A stretch of DNA of 64,000 nt. It comes from Thermodesulfobacteriota bacterium. Lineage in GTDB: Bacteria > Desulfobacterota > Desulfarculia > JACQYL01. The notes under the pieces were generated by a model. It had not been told where the DNA came from and did not search any database. It saw only the letters and a program-made list of their open reading frames with translations. The stretch is from contig CAXXLZ010000002.1 of assembly GCA_963675595.2 (NCBI GenBank), positions 2,464,001 through 2,528,000 on the forward strand, given 5' to 3'. The translations under genes and the position numbers were made by a program. This document shows, piece by piece, positions 50,298-58,817 of this stretch (positions are counted from its first letter, which is position 1; each line of letters begins with the position of its first letter).

Positions 50298-50309
50298 GGG
50301 AGAGGAGTC

Positions 50310-51413
50310 TCAGGAGCCATCGGATGCCTGAACGGGTTGACCGGGAAAGAGTCGTTCATTGCCCCGAACCACGACTTTGTCGCCGGGTTTCAGGTCTCCT
50401 TCCACTTCCACCTTGCCCCGATGTTCGAGCCCCATAAGCACGGTTACGGGAACGGCTTTGCCGTCCACCACCTTGATCACCGATCGCTTGGCTCCGCTCA
50501 ACACCACGGCGTCTTTGGGAACGAGGAGAACCTTCTTCGGGGTGCCCAGTTCGAAACGGGCACGGGCCAGCATTCCGGGTTGAACTTGCGCCTGGTGATT
50601 ATCCAGGCGTATGTGAACGGGAAAGGTTCGGGCCGCTTCGTCGCCTTTGGGTATGACCGCATGGATTTTGCCTTGGAACAACTCCTCGCCCAAGGCGTCG
50701 AAAGTCATACGAACGGCATCGCCTACGGAAAGGCCGTGGACCACCTTCTCCGGAACCGGCACCACCACTTTGACGGGATCGATCAGATAGAGCTCGACCA
50801 CGACGCTTCCGGGAGACAGCCATTCACCGACTTCTGTAAGCCGTTCGACCACCACGCCAGAGAAGGGCGCCTTGACGGCTTTCTTTTGCAGTCGCTCTCT
50901 GAGCACTCCCAAGGAGGCCCGTAATCTTTCGACTTCCTGGATTCCCGCCAGATACGCGTAGAGCGCTTCGTCCCGAGCCCTTTCGGACACGCTCGCCTTG
51001 TCGACGAGGGCGGAGACTCTCTTGTTTTCCTTTTCCGCTCTTTCCAGGCGGGCCTGCGCTTCCTTGATCGCGGCCTCGGCCTCACGGATCTGATGAACGA
51101 GTTCGTCGCTGTCGAGCCGGCAGAGGAGTTCCCCCCGTTTCACCCGGTCTCCCTCGTCCACCTTCAATTCGATGACCTTGCCGGAAACCTCGGCGGCCAC
51201 CCGGCTGTCTTTCCAGGCTCGGGCGCTTCCCATCAGTCCCACGGTGGAGCCCACCATCTCTTCGGTCACCTGGTCCACCACAACGGGAGCGGGCGGCGGT
51301 CCGCCCGGGCCTCCAGTCTGTGATACCGCGGTCCCGGAGGCACCCATCGCCAAGAAGAGGAGAAACAACGCAAGAAAAACGGTTCTGGCAGGTCCGGCGG
51401 TCATTTCCGGCAC
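50310..51413 (-). CDS. RND membrane-fusion protein
   Basis: Lipoyl-like halves, alpha hairpin, APFSGVV, PGM and VPKDAV. Confidence 0.93.
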   Translation of the reverse strand: MPEMTAGPARTVFLALFLLFLAMGASGTAVSQTGGPGGPPPAPVVVDQVTEEMVGSTVGLMGSARAWKDSRVAAEVSGKVIELKVDEGDRVKRGELLCRLDSDELVHQIREAEAAIKEAQARLERAEKENKRVSALVDKASVSERARDEALYAYLAGIQEVERLRASLGVLRERLQKKAVKAPFSGVVVERLTEVGEWLSPGSVVVELYLIDPVKVVVPVPEKVVHGLSVGDAVRMTFDALGEELFQGKIHAVIPKGDEAARTFPVHIRLDNHQAQVQPGMLARARFELGTPKKVLLVPKDAVVLSGAKRSVIKVVDGKAVPVTVLMGLEHRGKVEVEGDLKPGDKVVVRGNERLFPGQPVQASDGS

Positions 51414-51689
51414 CTCTCGAAATCATCTTAAATCGGACAAAGCATAATGACGTGATAATCGACATAGTCTACTAGTTTCCGCCGATGCCTTCAACGTTAT
51501 TTCATCCCTACCGCGGGACTTGGCCCGATTCCTCCCTTCCTCCTCACAGCCCTGGATTTTTTCCATTCGAACCAGTATGCTCTAATCAGTTATGGAAACA
51601 CCTTTTCGGGGCCGGCGGACAATTATGGATTCGGCGGTAAGGAATCAAGAGCGTCGGGCCGCGATCGCCCGGAATGGAGAAATAGATCC

Positions 51690-52034
51690 ATGAATGACTT
51701 TGAGCTGATGTTCAGCGGACTGCCGGTGGCCATGGTGGTCACCGATCCCGACATGAAGATTACGTACGCCAACCCCAAGGGTTTGGAGAACTTCAGCAAG
51801 TGGATCGATCTGTGGGGATCGCTCATCGGCCGTCATCTGGGCGACTGCCACAAGCCTGAATCCATGGAAAAGATCCGGACCATGTACGACGCGTTCCGAA
51901 ACGGAGACCGGACTCCCCGACACTATGTGCGAAAACGGGAAGGCGGGACCCGCACCATCCTGCATGTCCCCATTTTTGAGGGAAACGATTTCCGGGGGGT
52001 GATCGAAATGATTTTCGAGAGCGCCCTGGATTGA
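51690..52034 (+). CDS. Standalone PAS-domain protein
   Basis: VVTDPDMKITYAN...LIGRHLGDCH...GVIE. Confidence 0.8.
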   Translation: MNDFELMFSGLPVAMVVTDPDMKITYANPKGLENFSKWIDLWGSLIGRHLGDCHKPESMEKIRTMYDAFRNGDRTPRHYVRKREGGTRTILHVPIFEGNDFRGVIEMIFESALD

Positions 52035-52056
52035 CCGAAGTCCAAGGAGTCCGTTT

Positions 52057-52833
52057 GTGCCGCCCGCAACAAACGACGCTTCAGGCGATGGAAGCTTCTC
52101 GGTCAGGCTGGAGCCCTTCGAAGGGCCCCTGGACCTGCTGCTCTTTCTCGTTCGAAAGAACGAACTCGACATTTATGATATTCCCATCGCCCGGGTCACC
52201 AAACAATACCTGGAGTATATCGATTTAATTCGGACTTTGAACCTGGACCAGGCGGGCGACTTCCTGGCCATGGCGGCCACGCTGGTTCACATCAAATCCA
52301 GAATGTTGCTGCCCGAACCTGCGGGTCCGGAAGAAGAAGCGGAAGACCCTCGGCAGGAAATCATTCAGCCTCTCCTGGAATACGCTCGGCTCAAGGAAGC
52401 GGCGGCCTTGCTCGAAAAGCGGCATCTTCTGGACCGGGACGTTTTCACGAGAGACTTCGTGTCGGACGAGCTTTTTGACCCCGAAGAGGAAGAACTGGTG
52501 CGGGTATCTCTTTTTGACCTGCTGTCGGCCTTCAAGGAAGTGATCGCGCACTCCACCGGGAAGGTGCTTCTTGCGCTGGATCGTTTCGAATGCACGCTCG
52601 AAGAAAAGGTTTCGGACATTCTCGAACGCCTGGGCCGTTCAAGAAACCTGCTCTTCACCGAGCTCTTCACCGACCTCCACCGAAGGGAGTTGGTCGTCAC
52701 CTTTCTAGCGATCCTCGAACTTCTGAAACTCAACCTCATCCAGGTCGTTCAGCCCGCACAAGGCGGGATCATGCGGGTCTATCTCGTGACGCAACCTTCA
52801 CCGGCATACGGGAGCGATGACAACACAACTTAA
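52057..52833 (+). CDS. scpA: Segregation/condensation protein A
   Basis: FEGPLDLLLFL, IKSRMLLP and TFLAILEL motifs. Confidence 0.95.
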   Translation: MPPATNDASGDGSFSVRLEPFEGPLDLLLFLVRKNELDIYDIPIARVTKQYLEYIDLIRTLNLDQAGDFLAMAATLVHIKSRMLLPEPAGPEEEAEDPRQEIIQPLLEYARLKEAAALLEKRHLLDRDVFTRDFVSDELFDPEEEELVRVSLFDLLSAFKEVIAHSTGKVLLALDRFECTLEEKVSDILERLGRSRNLLFTELFTDLHRRELVVTFLAILELLKLNLIQVVQPAQGGIMRVYLVTQPSPAYGSDDNTT

Positions 52834-53371
52834 AGCGATTATTGAATGTCTGCTCTATCTCGCCGAAGAGCCGCTCCCGGTGAAACGCCTTCGGGAAACG
52901 ATTCCCGGCGCGGAAACACGGGAAATCGTTTCCGCCGTCGAGGAGCTGCAGCAGGACTATGAATCGGAAAGCCGCGGAATGGAACTCCGCGAAGTGGCGG
53001 GCGGATATCAACTCAGAAGCCGACCCGAGTTCAAAGATTACATCAAGAGGTTCCGGCGCGTGGAGCCTTCCCGTTTGAGCCGCGCCGCCATGGAAACATT
53101 GGCCATCATCGCCTACAAGCAACCCATCCTCAAATCGGAAGTGGAAAGGCTCCGCGGCGTGGAAGTAGGCGGCATTCTCAGGACCCTGATGGAAAAGGGA
53201 TTGATTCGTGTCGTGGGCAGGAAGAACCTGCCGGGTCGGCCGATCATTTACGGCACCACCAAAAAATTTCTGGGTGTTTTCGAACTCAAAGACCTGTCGG
53301 AACTCCCCACTCTTGAAGAATTCACCCAAATCACCGGGGAGACCCTACATGCCTACAGAGAGGATTCATAA
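52817..53371 (+). CDS. scpB: Segregation/condensation protein B
   Basis: LSRAAMETLAIIAYKQP and GRPIIYGTT motifs. Confidence 0.95.
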   Translation: MTTQLKAIIECLLYLAEEPLPVKRLRETIPGAETREIVSAVEELQQDYESESRGMELREVAGGYQLRSRPEFKDYIKRFRRVEPSRLSRAAMETLAIIAYKQPILKSEVERLRGVEVGGILRTLMEKGLIRVVGRKNLPGRPIIYGTTKKFLGVFELKDLSELPTLEEFTQITGETLHAYREDS

Positions 53372-54128
53372 GATTATCGCGTGCTTCGGATACGCTTCGA
53401 GGCGCAAGGCCGAGGATTTCATACGCGATGGCCGAGTTACGGTGAACGGAAAAATCGTCACCCAATTGGGCACTGCGGCGGACCCGCAGCAGGACGTCAT
53501 TTGTCTGGACGGTGCCCGCATCCAACCTCCCGCAGGAAAGATGACCGTCCTGTTGAACAAACCGAGGGGCGTGGTTTCCACCATGCAGGACCCACAGGGC
53601 CGAAAAACCGTCCGCGATCTGGTGTCCGACATCCCTCGCCGCCTCTTCCCTGTCGGACGCCTCGACGCGGACAGCGAGGGACTGATTCTCATGACCGACG
53701 ACGGTGACTTGGCCCTGAAAGTGATGCATCCCCGCTATGAAGTCCACAAGACTTACGAAGCCCTGGTCGAGGGATATGAAAAGGCCGGCCAACTGCTGAA
53801 ACTGGAGAAGGGAGTGAAGCTCAGCGACGGCCCCACGGGTCCCGCGGAAGTGAAACTGCTGAGCAAGTCCGGAAGACTCACCTGGATTCGCATCCGGATT
53901 TCGGAGGGGAAAAATCGACAGGTCCGCCGAATGTGCGGCAAGGTCGGGCTCAACGTACTCCGCCTCAAACGGGTCGCTTTGGGGGGGCTATGGCTGGGAG
54001 ACCTGCCCGACGGCACCCACCGGGAGCTCAAGCCCTGGGAATTGAAAAAGCTCTTCGCGAAATCGAACCGGTCGTCGGGTCGTTCCGCGGGAAAGCCGAA
54101 ACCGCCCCCAGCGAGAAATGAACTATAG
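53349..54128 (+). CDS. rluB: RsuA/RluB-family pseudouridine synthase
   Basis: S4 domain (SRRKAE), NKPRG, VGRLD and EGKNRQVRRM; synteny with scpAB. Confidence 0.88.
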   Translation: MPTERIHKIIACFGYASRRKAEDFIRDGRVTVNGKIVTQLGTAADPQQDVICLDGARIQPPAGKMTVLLNKPRGVVSTMQDPQGRKTVRDLVSDIPRRLFPVGRLDADSEGLILMTDDGDLALKVMHPRYEVHKTYEALVEGYEKAGQLLKLEKGVKLSDGPTGPAEVKLLSKSGRLTWIRIRISEGKNRQVRRMCGKVGLNVLRLKRVALGGLWLGDLPDGTHRELKPWELKKLFAKSNRSSGRSAGKPKPPPARNEL

Positions 54129-54156
54129 CAGACCATCGAGGAAGGCCGGTTACTAC

Positions 54157-54245
54157 AGGCCGGCGAAAAACCATGACCTACAAGGCGCAAGAATCCCGAG
54201 GGATGAGGTGCACATAGAGTACGCCGTGGATCGCGTTTTTCAACA
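54157..54245. repeat. Intergenic repeat family C (degenerate)
   Basis: GGCCGGCGAAAAA...CAAGGCGCAAGAATCCCGAGGGATGAGG resembles 35506-35560. Confidence 0.45.
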
Positions 54246-54379
54246 TTCAGATAGTGCATGAACCGAATACACCCTTTCCGGACGTTCTCCGAACGCCTCC
54301 GTCGTGATTTCGTTGAAAGCCGGCCGTTGAACACCTCGACTCAAACCACTGAATTGTACCGAGTCATCGGAGGTCTCCC

Positions 54380-55177
54380 ATGAAGATTCATCCCACCGCC
54401 GTCGTTCATCCAGATGCCGACCTGGCTTCGGACATTGAGGTCGGCCCGTACGCCGTTATCGAGGACCACGTGTCCATCGGGCAAGGTTGCCGCATTATGG
54501 CGGGAGCCCATATCAAATCCTTCACCACCATGGGCGAAGGGAACATGGTGCACACCGGAGCGGTGATCGGGGACCTGCCCCAGGACTTGGCTTTCGAAAA
54601 CCGGGAAAGCTATCTTCAAATCGGCGACAACAACCGGTTTCGGGAGCACTTCACCGCCCACCGGGGCACCAAGCCCGGCAGCACCACCGTGATCGGCAAC
54701 GACTGTTTTTTCATGGTCGGCTCCCATGTGGCCCATAATTGCAGCATAGGCGACCATGTGGTTCTGGTGAACAACGCCCTACTGGCCGGATATGTCGAAG
54801 TGGAAGACCATGTCACCATGAGCGGCGGCTGCCTTGTGCACCAGTTCTGCCGTATCGGCAGATTCGCGTTCATGCGAGGCGGCTCGTCCACCTCCCGCGA
54901 CGTGCCTCCTTTTTGCATGGTGGACGGAATCCATACGGTTCGAGGCATAAACCTGGTGGGATTGCAGAGGGCGGGATTCTCCAAAGACAGGATACGCGCC
55001 CTGAAAAATGCGTTTGCGATGCTCTTCAGCTCGGCCTGCAACCTTTCCAAGGCCGTGGAACGGGTCCAAGCGGAAGTGCCGCAAACCGAGGACGTGGTTT
55101 ACCTGCTGGAGTTCATCCGAGCCTCCAAACGCGGCGTGGCCGCCGGAAAAAAGGAGTCCCGGTCGGCGCATGGCTGA
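54380..55177 (+). CDS. lpxA: UDP-N-acetylglucosamine O-acyltransferase
   Basis: IHPTA, hexapeptide repeats, PQDL, HRGT, HVAHNC, HQFCRIG and DVPPF. Confidence 0.9.
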   Translation: MKIHPTAVVHPDADLASDIEVGPYAVIEDHVSIGQGCRIMAGAHIKSFTTMGEGNMVHTGAVIGDLPQDLAFENRESYLQIGDNNRFREHFTAHRGTKPGSTTVIGNDCFFMVGSHVAHNCSIGDHVVLVNNALLAGYVEVEDHVTMSGGCLVHQFCRIGRFAFMRGGSSTSRDVPPFCMVDGIHTVRGINLVGLQRAGFSKDRIRALKNAFAMLFSSACNLSKAVERVQAEVPQTEDVVYLLEFIRASKRGVAAGKKESRSAHG

Positions 55178-55365
55178 CCCGAGGATCGGGCAGGCTGAGC
55201 CGGCTCCCCGACAAACGGAAGTCAGCGGTTCCCTGAAGGAATCCGGCTGCCGAGGGCCGGTATAAAACGACTACATGCGAAAAGCTCGGATACCGAGGAT
55301 TGCGGTTTTCAGGCTTTTTCTATAGTTCCGGGTCACGAAACTGCACGATTCGGCAACATTGGGTT

Positions 55366-57594
55366 TCACGGCTCGTCCAGCGCCAAGCGAAATCCCAGAT
55401 CATTGGACGCCTCGTCGGGAAGAGCGTATTCCCGGTAGGCGGAACGGCAGTACCGGGCGCCCCTGTTCCAGCTCCCTCCGCGCACGGTTTTTCCCGCGCC
55501 TGAAGCGGGGCCGACGGGGTCCATGACCGGAGTCGGATCGTATGCGCCATAGTAGTCGGCGGTCCACTCGAACACGTTTCCGTTCATGTCGCGGAGCCCC
55601 CAAGAATTCGCGTTCTTCAGTCCTACCGGCCGAGTCCCGCTGGAGGCGTTCCCGCAATACCATCCCAGCACGTCCAGAGCCGCATCGTAGGCGCAGTCCA
55701 AAGCCGTGACCTGTCCGTTGGGCAGACCGGTATCCGTACCGGCTCGGGACGAGTATTCCCATTCCGCCTCCGTGGGCGGTCGATAAGCTTTGCCTTCCTT
55801 GTTGCTCAGCCATTGAGCAAAGGCCTGCACATCGTTAAAGGAAACACAAGTGACCGGATGGGAATCCTCCTGGGCGAAACCGGGATTGTCCCAAGCGGCG
55901 CCGGATTTCTTGGTCCACGTATCTCCTTCCAGGATCCAGGCCCATCCCTTCCTTTCGGCGTCCGTCACGTAGGAGCTCGCCTGAATGAACGAACGAAATT
56001 GTCCCACCGTGACTTCCGTGGTCTGAAGATGAAAAGCCCGGGTCAGGGTTACTTGCCGGCGGGGGTTTTCATTGAGGTATCTGCCGGGTTCCCCTTCCGG
56101 GCTCCCCATGGTGAACGTTCCGGCCGGCACGGGGGCAAAGCTCATACCCAGTGAGTTGGTCAGAGTGCCCTGCCCCCCGGAGGGCGCGGCCAATCCGGCG
56201 TACAAAATCTCTTTGGGCGAAGGCGCTATGGGGGCCGCGAAGCAACGATCCAAAGGCGTGAGCTGATCGCCCTCTTCCCCGAAAAACATGGTCAGGGTCA
56301 AATTGCCTCCTCCATATTGGGAGGCGAAGATTCCGTCTTCCACCTCGGAGTCCAGGAACACGTAGAAATCCCGGTTGTCCGGCGTGGCGATGATCAGAGC
56401 CGACCCGGTAGAATAGGACTGTATGTAATAATTCATATTGGCGGAAACGCACGAATCCTTCCAAATTCCCTGATTCAGCGGCTCCACGGGAACTCCGAAC
56501 TGCTTGGTCAAAGAAAAGGTCTCGGGAGCCGATCGCGGTTTCTCCAATGTGGCGAGGGCTTCGCGGTCGCTGATGAACTCAATCGACAAACGCTTGCCTT
56601 CTCCCTGCATGTCATCCCCGCCGATCCCGTCGGAGAAATCCGAATCCAGGAACGAGTTGAACGACGAAAGATCGGCCGTGGAGATGACCACGGCGGAACC
56701 CGTATCATAGGTCTGCACGTAGAAATTCATGGAGGGAGCCGCGTCCTTCCAGACTCCGTCGTAGGGCTGCTCCGGCCGGATCATCTGGAAAGTGGTGTTG
56801 AAAAGCTCTTTTCTATGCTGTGGGCAGTCGATGTCGTTGTTCATGTAGTAGATGAACTTCCACTCGCCCGGCGTCAGGTTCTTGCCGGCCACGTCGAGTT
56901 TGGCCAGGTGCCAGTATTCACCGTAACCGTTGGACCAGTAAGTTTGGACGGTTTCAATGTATTCGCCCCCAGGCCCCTCGAACACGTAGGAACCCCAAGA
57001 CGCGGAATTCACGTGCTGTAATCGAATGATCATCCACACTTCCCGGTCTTCCGTGGTCACCACTCCGTCATCAAAGGTGAACAGGCACTCGATTTCGCTG
57101 GGCATGGGGATCCTGCCCCGAGGGTTCTTGCACATCTGTACGCCCACGAATTCGGCGGGCTGGAAATCCGCCGCAATGTAAGCCATCAAATCGATTTCCA
57201 GCTCGCTTTCGTCCGCATCGTCGCTGAGAAGCACCAACGTGGCCAGGGCCGAACTGCTGGAAATCAGGTCCGGATCAAAGCGCAGAGTCAAAGTCATGGA
57301 ACCGCCGGGCTGAACCCGCTCCGGCCTTCCCGGCGCATCCAGCACGGTGAAGGCTTCGGCGTCCCAGCCTTCCAAGGCCACGCCCGTGAGAGTGAGGGCC
57401 CCCGTGCCAAGATTCGAAACCACGAGGGGCAGATCACGACGTATGCCTTGGGAGGTGTCGAATACCAAAAAGGATTCCGAAACCGAAATTTCAGGTTCTT
57501 GGGCCCGGGCGGCGCTCGCGAACCCCAATGAGATCAGAAGAACCAAGACCAATGCGGGAACCATTGGTCGGAAGACTGCGATCCGGTAAGACAT
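55366..57594 (-). CDS. Secreted multidomain protein: Ig-like (ASH/choice-of-anchor-like) + 2 uncharacterised repeats + FGE-sulfatase domain
   Basis: Signal peptide; SNLGTGALTL; TEVT, PTEAEWEY, DMNGNVFEW, RGGSW and LGFRL. Confidence 0.85.
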   Translation of the reverse strand: MSYRIAVFRPMVPALVLVLLISLGFASAARAQEPEISVSESFLVFDTSQGIRRDLPLVVSNLGTGALTLTGVALEGWDAEAFTVLDAPGRPERVQPGGSMTLTLRFDPDLISSSSALATLVLLSDDADESELEIDLMAYIAADFQPAEFVGVQMCKNPRGRIPMPSEIECLFTFDDGVVTTEDREVWMIIRLQHVNSASWGSYVFEGPGGEYIETVQTYWSNGYGEYWHLAKLDVAGKNLTPGEWKFIYYMNNDIDCPQHRKELFNTTFQMIRPEQPYDGVWKDAAPSMNFYVQTYDTGSAVVISTADLSSFNSFLDSDFSDGIGGDDMQGEGKRLSIEFISDREALATLEKPRSAPETFSLTKQFGVPVEPLNQGIWKDSCVSANMNYYIQSYSTGSALIIATPDNRDFYVFLDSEVEDGIFASQYGGGNLTLTMFFGEEGDQLTPLDRCFAAPIAPSPKEILYAGLAAPSGGQGTLTNSLGMSFAPVPAGTFTMGSPEGEPGRYLNENPRRQVTLTRAFHLQTTEVTVGQFRSFIQASSYVTDAERKGWAWILEGDTWTKKSGAAWDNPGFAQEDSHPVTCVSFNDVQAFAQWLSNKEGKAYRPPTEAEWEYSSRAGTDTGLPNGQVTALDCAYDAALDVLGWYCGNASSGTRPVGLKNANSWGLRDMNGNVFEWTADYYGAYDPTPVMDPVGPASGAGKTVRGGSWNRGARYCRSAYREYALPDEASNDLGFRLALDEP

Positions 57595-57755
57595 GGCGAA
57601 ACCTCCCATGCGTGGTGGGAAACATCCGGTGCACTTCTTCACGCGAACGAGCGACCTCGTCCGGCAATGACTTGTCGAAAGGAAATTCACTACTGATCGG
57701 CCGATATCACCTGAGCTGAAGCGCAACACCTCAGATCGCGTTCTTCGTCGGCCGG

Positions 57756-58739
57756 TTAAAGGCCGCCTCCGCCGCCCGCACTAAGTCCGCTCTGCTCCAA
57801 CAGCACCAGGTGCTCCGTGGTTTTCCCCGCTTTGACGACGGCCGCCTGAATGTCCTCATCCATGGTTCCTTTCAGAAACCGCAGCCGGACCCAATATTTG
57901 CCGGCAGGCAGTTCCACGGGCGCCAAAGGAGTGACCCCCAGGGGCCGCCAGTCCGCGTCCTCGCTCGTGGGCGCGAACCAGTGTCCGGCGGCCGAAACCA
58001 CATAGGCTTCCGCCTGATCTTTCATGGTGTTGATGAAGAGCAGCCCCTTATTCGAAGATTCCACGCCCGTGGATACAGCCGGGGGCGACGGTTTCGTCGT
58101 AGCGGGGGACGGAGTGCGGGAGGCCGTCTTCACCGATTCTCGAGGAGTGTCGGCCTTCTTCGCCGGGGACGGCTCCACTTTCCCGACGGCCCTCTGTTCC
58201 GGCGGAACCAACCGCGGTGAAGACTTCATGGGCTGGATGCGCGTCGCAGCCTCATCCCGGTCCCCCAACAGGAGATCGTCCGCAGAGGTCCGAGCCGTGT
58301 TGATCAGCTCGTCTTCTGGACACCTGCAGTTTCGGCTGACCCGCCGTTTGACGCCCGGAGCGTCCCCGCCGGTGTCCAGAAGTCTCAAATGGATGGAATA
58401 GGTGTCCCCCAGTTTGGAAAGGGTGCCCACCACCATATATCGGGTTCCCAATTCGCGGGCCGCGTCGATGACGCAACGGGTGTCCGTTTCCGCGCCGATC
58501 TCCTGAATGCACTGCATTCGATCCAGAATGGCGTACACATCCTCCTTGCTCATGACTTCATACACGCCCTGGGCGAAAATCTGATCGCGGATGTGCTCGG
58601 AGAGAATCTTGGAGACCACCTTGTCCACGTTGAGCGCTTTCAGGTCCAGGACCGATATCTTTTCGCGGGCTTGTACCGTTCCCGAGCTCGCCCACACCAA
58701 GATTAGACAGCCGACCAGAAACATAGTCCGTTTCAACAT
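57756..58739 (-). CDS. Secreted CsgG/TolB-N-like + PEGA-like protein
   Basis: Signal peptide; VVGTLSKLGDTYSIHLRLLD; Pro/Ser linker; GVTPL...LPAGKY. Confidence 0.65.
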   Translation of the reverse strand: MLKRTMFLVGCLILVWASSGTVQAREKISVLDLKALNVDKVVSKILSEHIRDQIFAQGVYEVMSKEDVYAILDRMQCIQEIGAETDTRCVIDAARELGTRYMVVGTLSKLGDTYSIHLRLLDTGGDAPGVKRRVSRNCRCPEDELINTARTSADDLLLGDRDEAATRIQPMKSSPRLVPPEQRAVGKVEPSPAKKADTPRESVKTASRTPSPATTKPSPPAVSTGVESSNKGLLFINTMKDQAEAYVVSAAGHWFAPTSEDADWRPLGVTPLAPVELPAGKYWVRLRFLKGTMDEDIQAAVVKAGKTTEHLVLLEQSGLSAGGGGGL

Positions 58740-58817
58740 GGATTCCCCGCTCCCGCTTTCGTTCTTGAGTTACGGTCCGGATTCGACTCGGCGCGAATCG
58801 CGTTCTCCAACAGCTTT

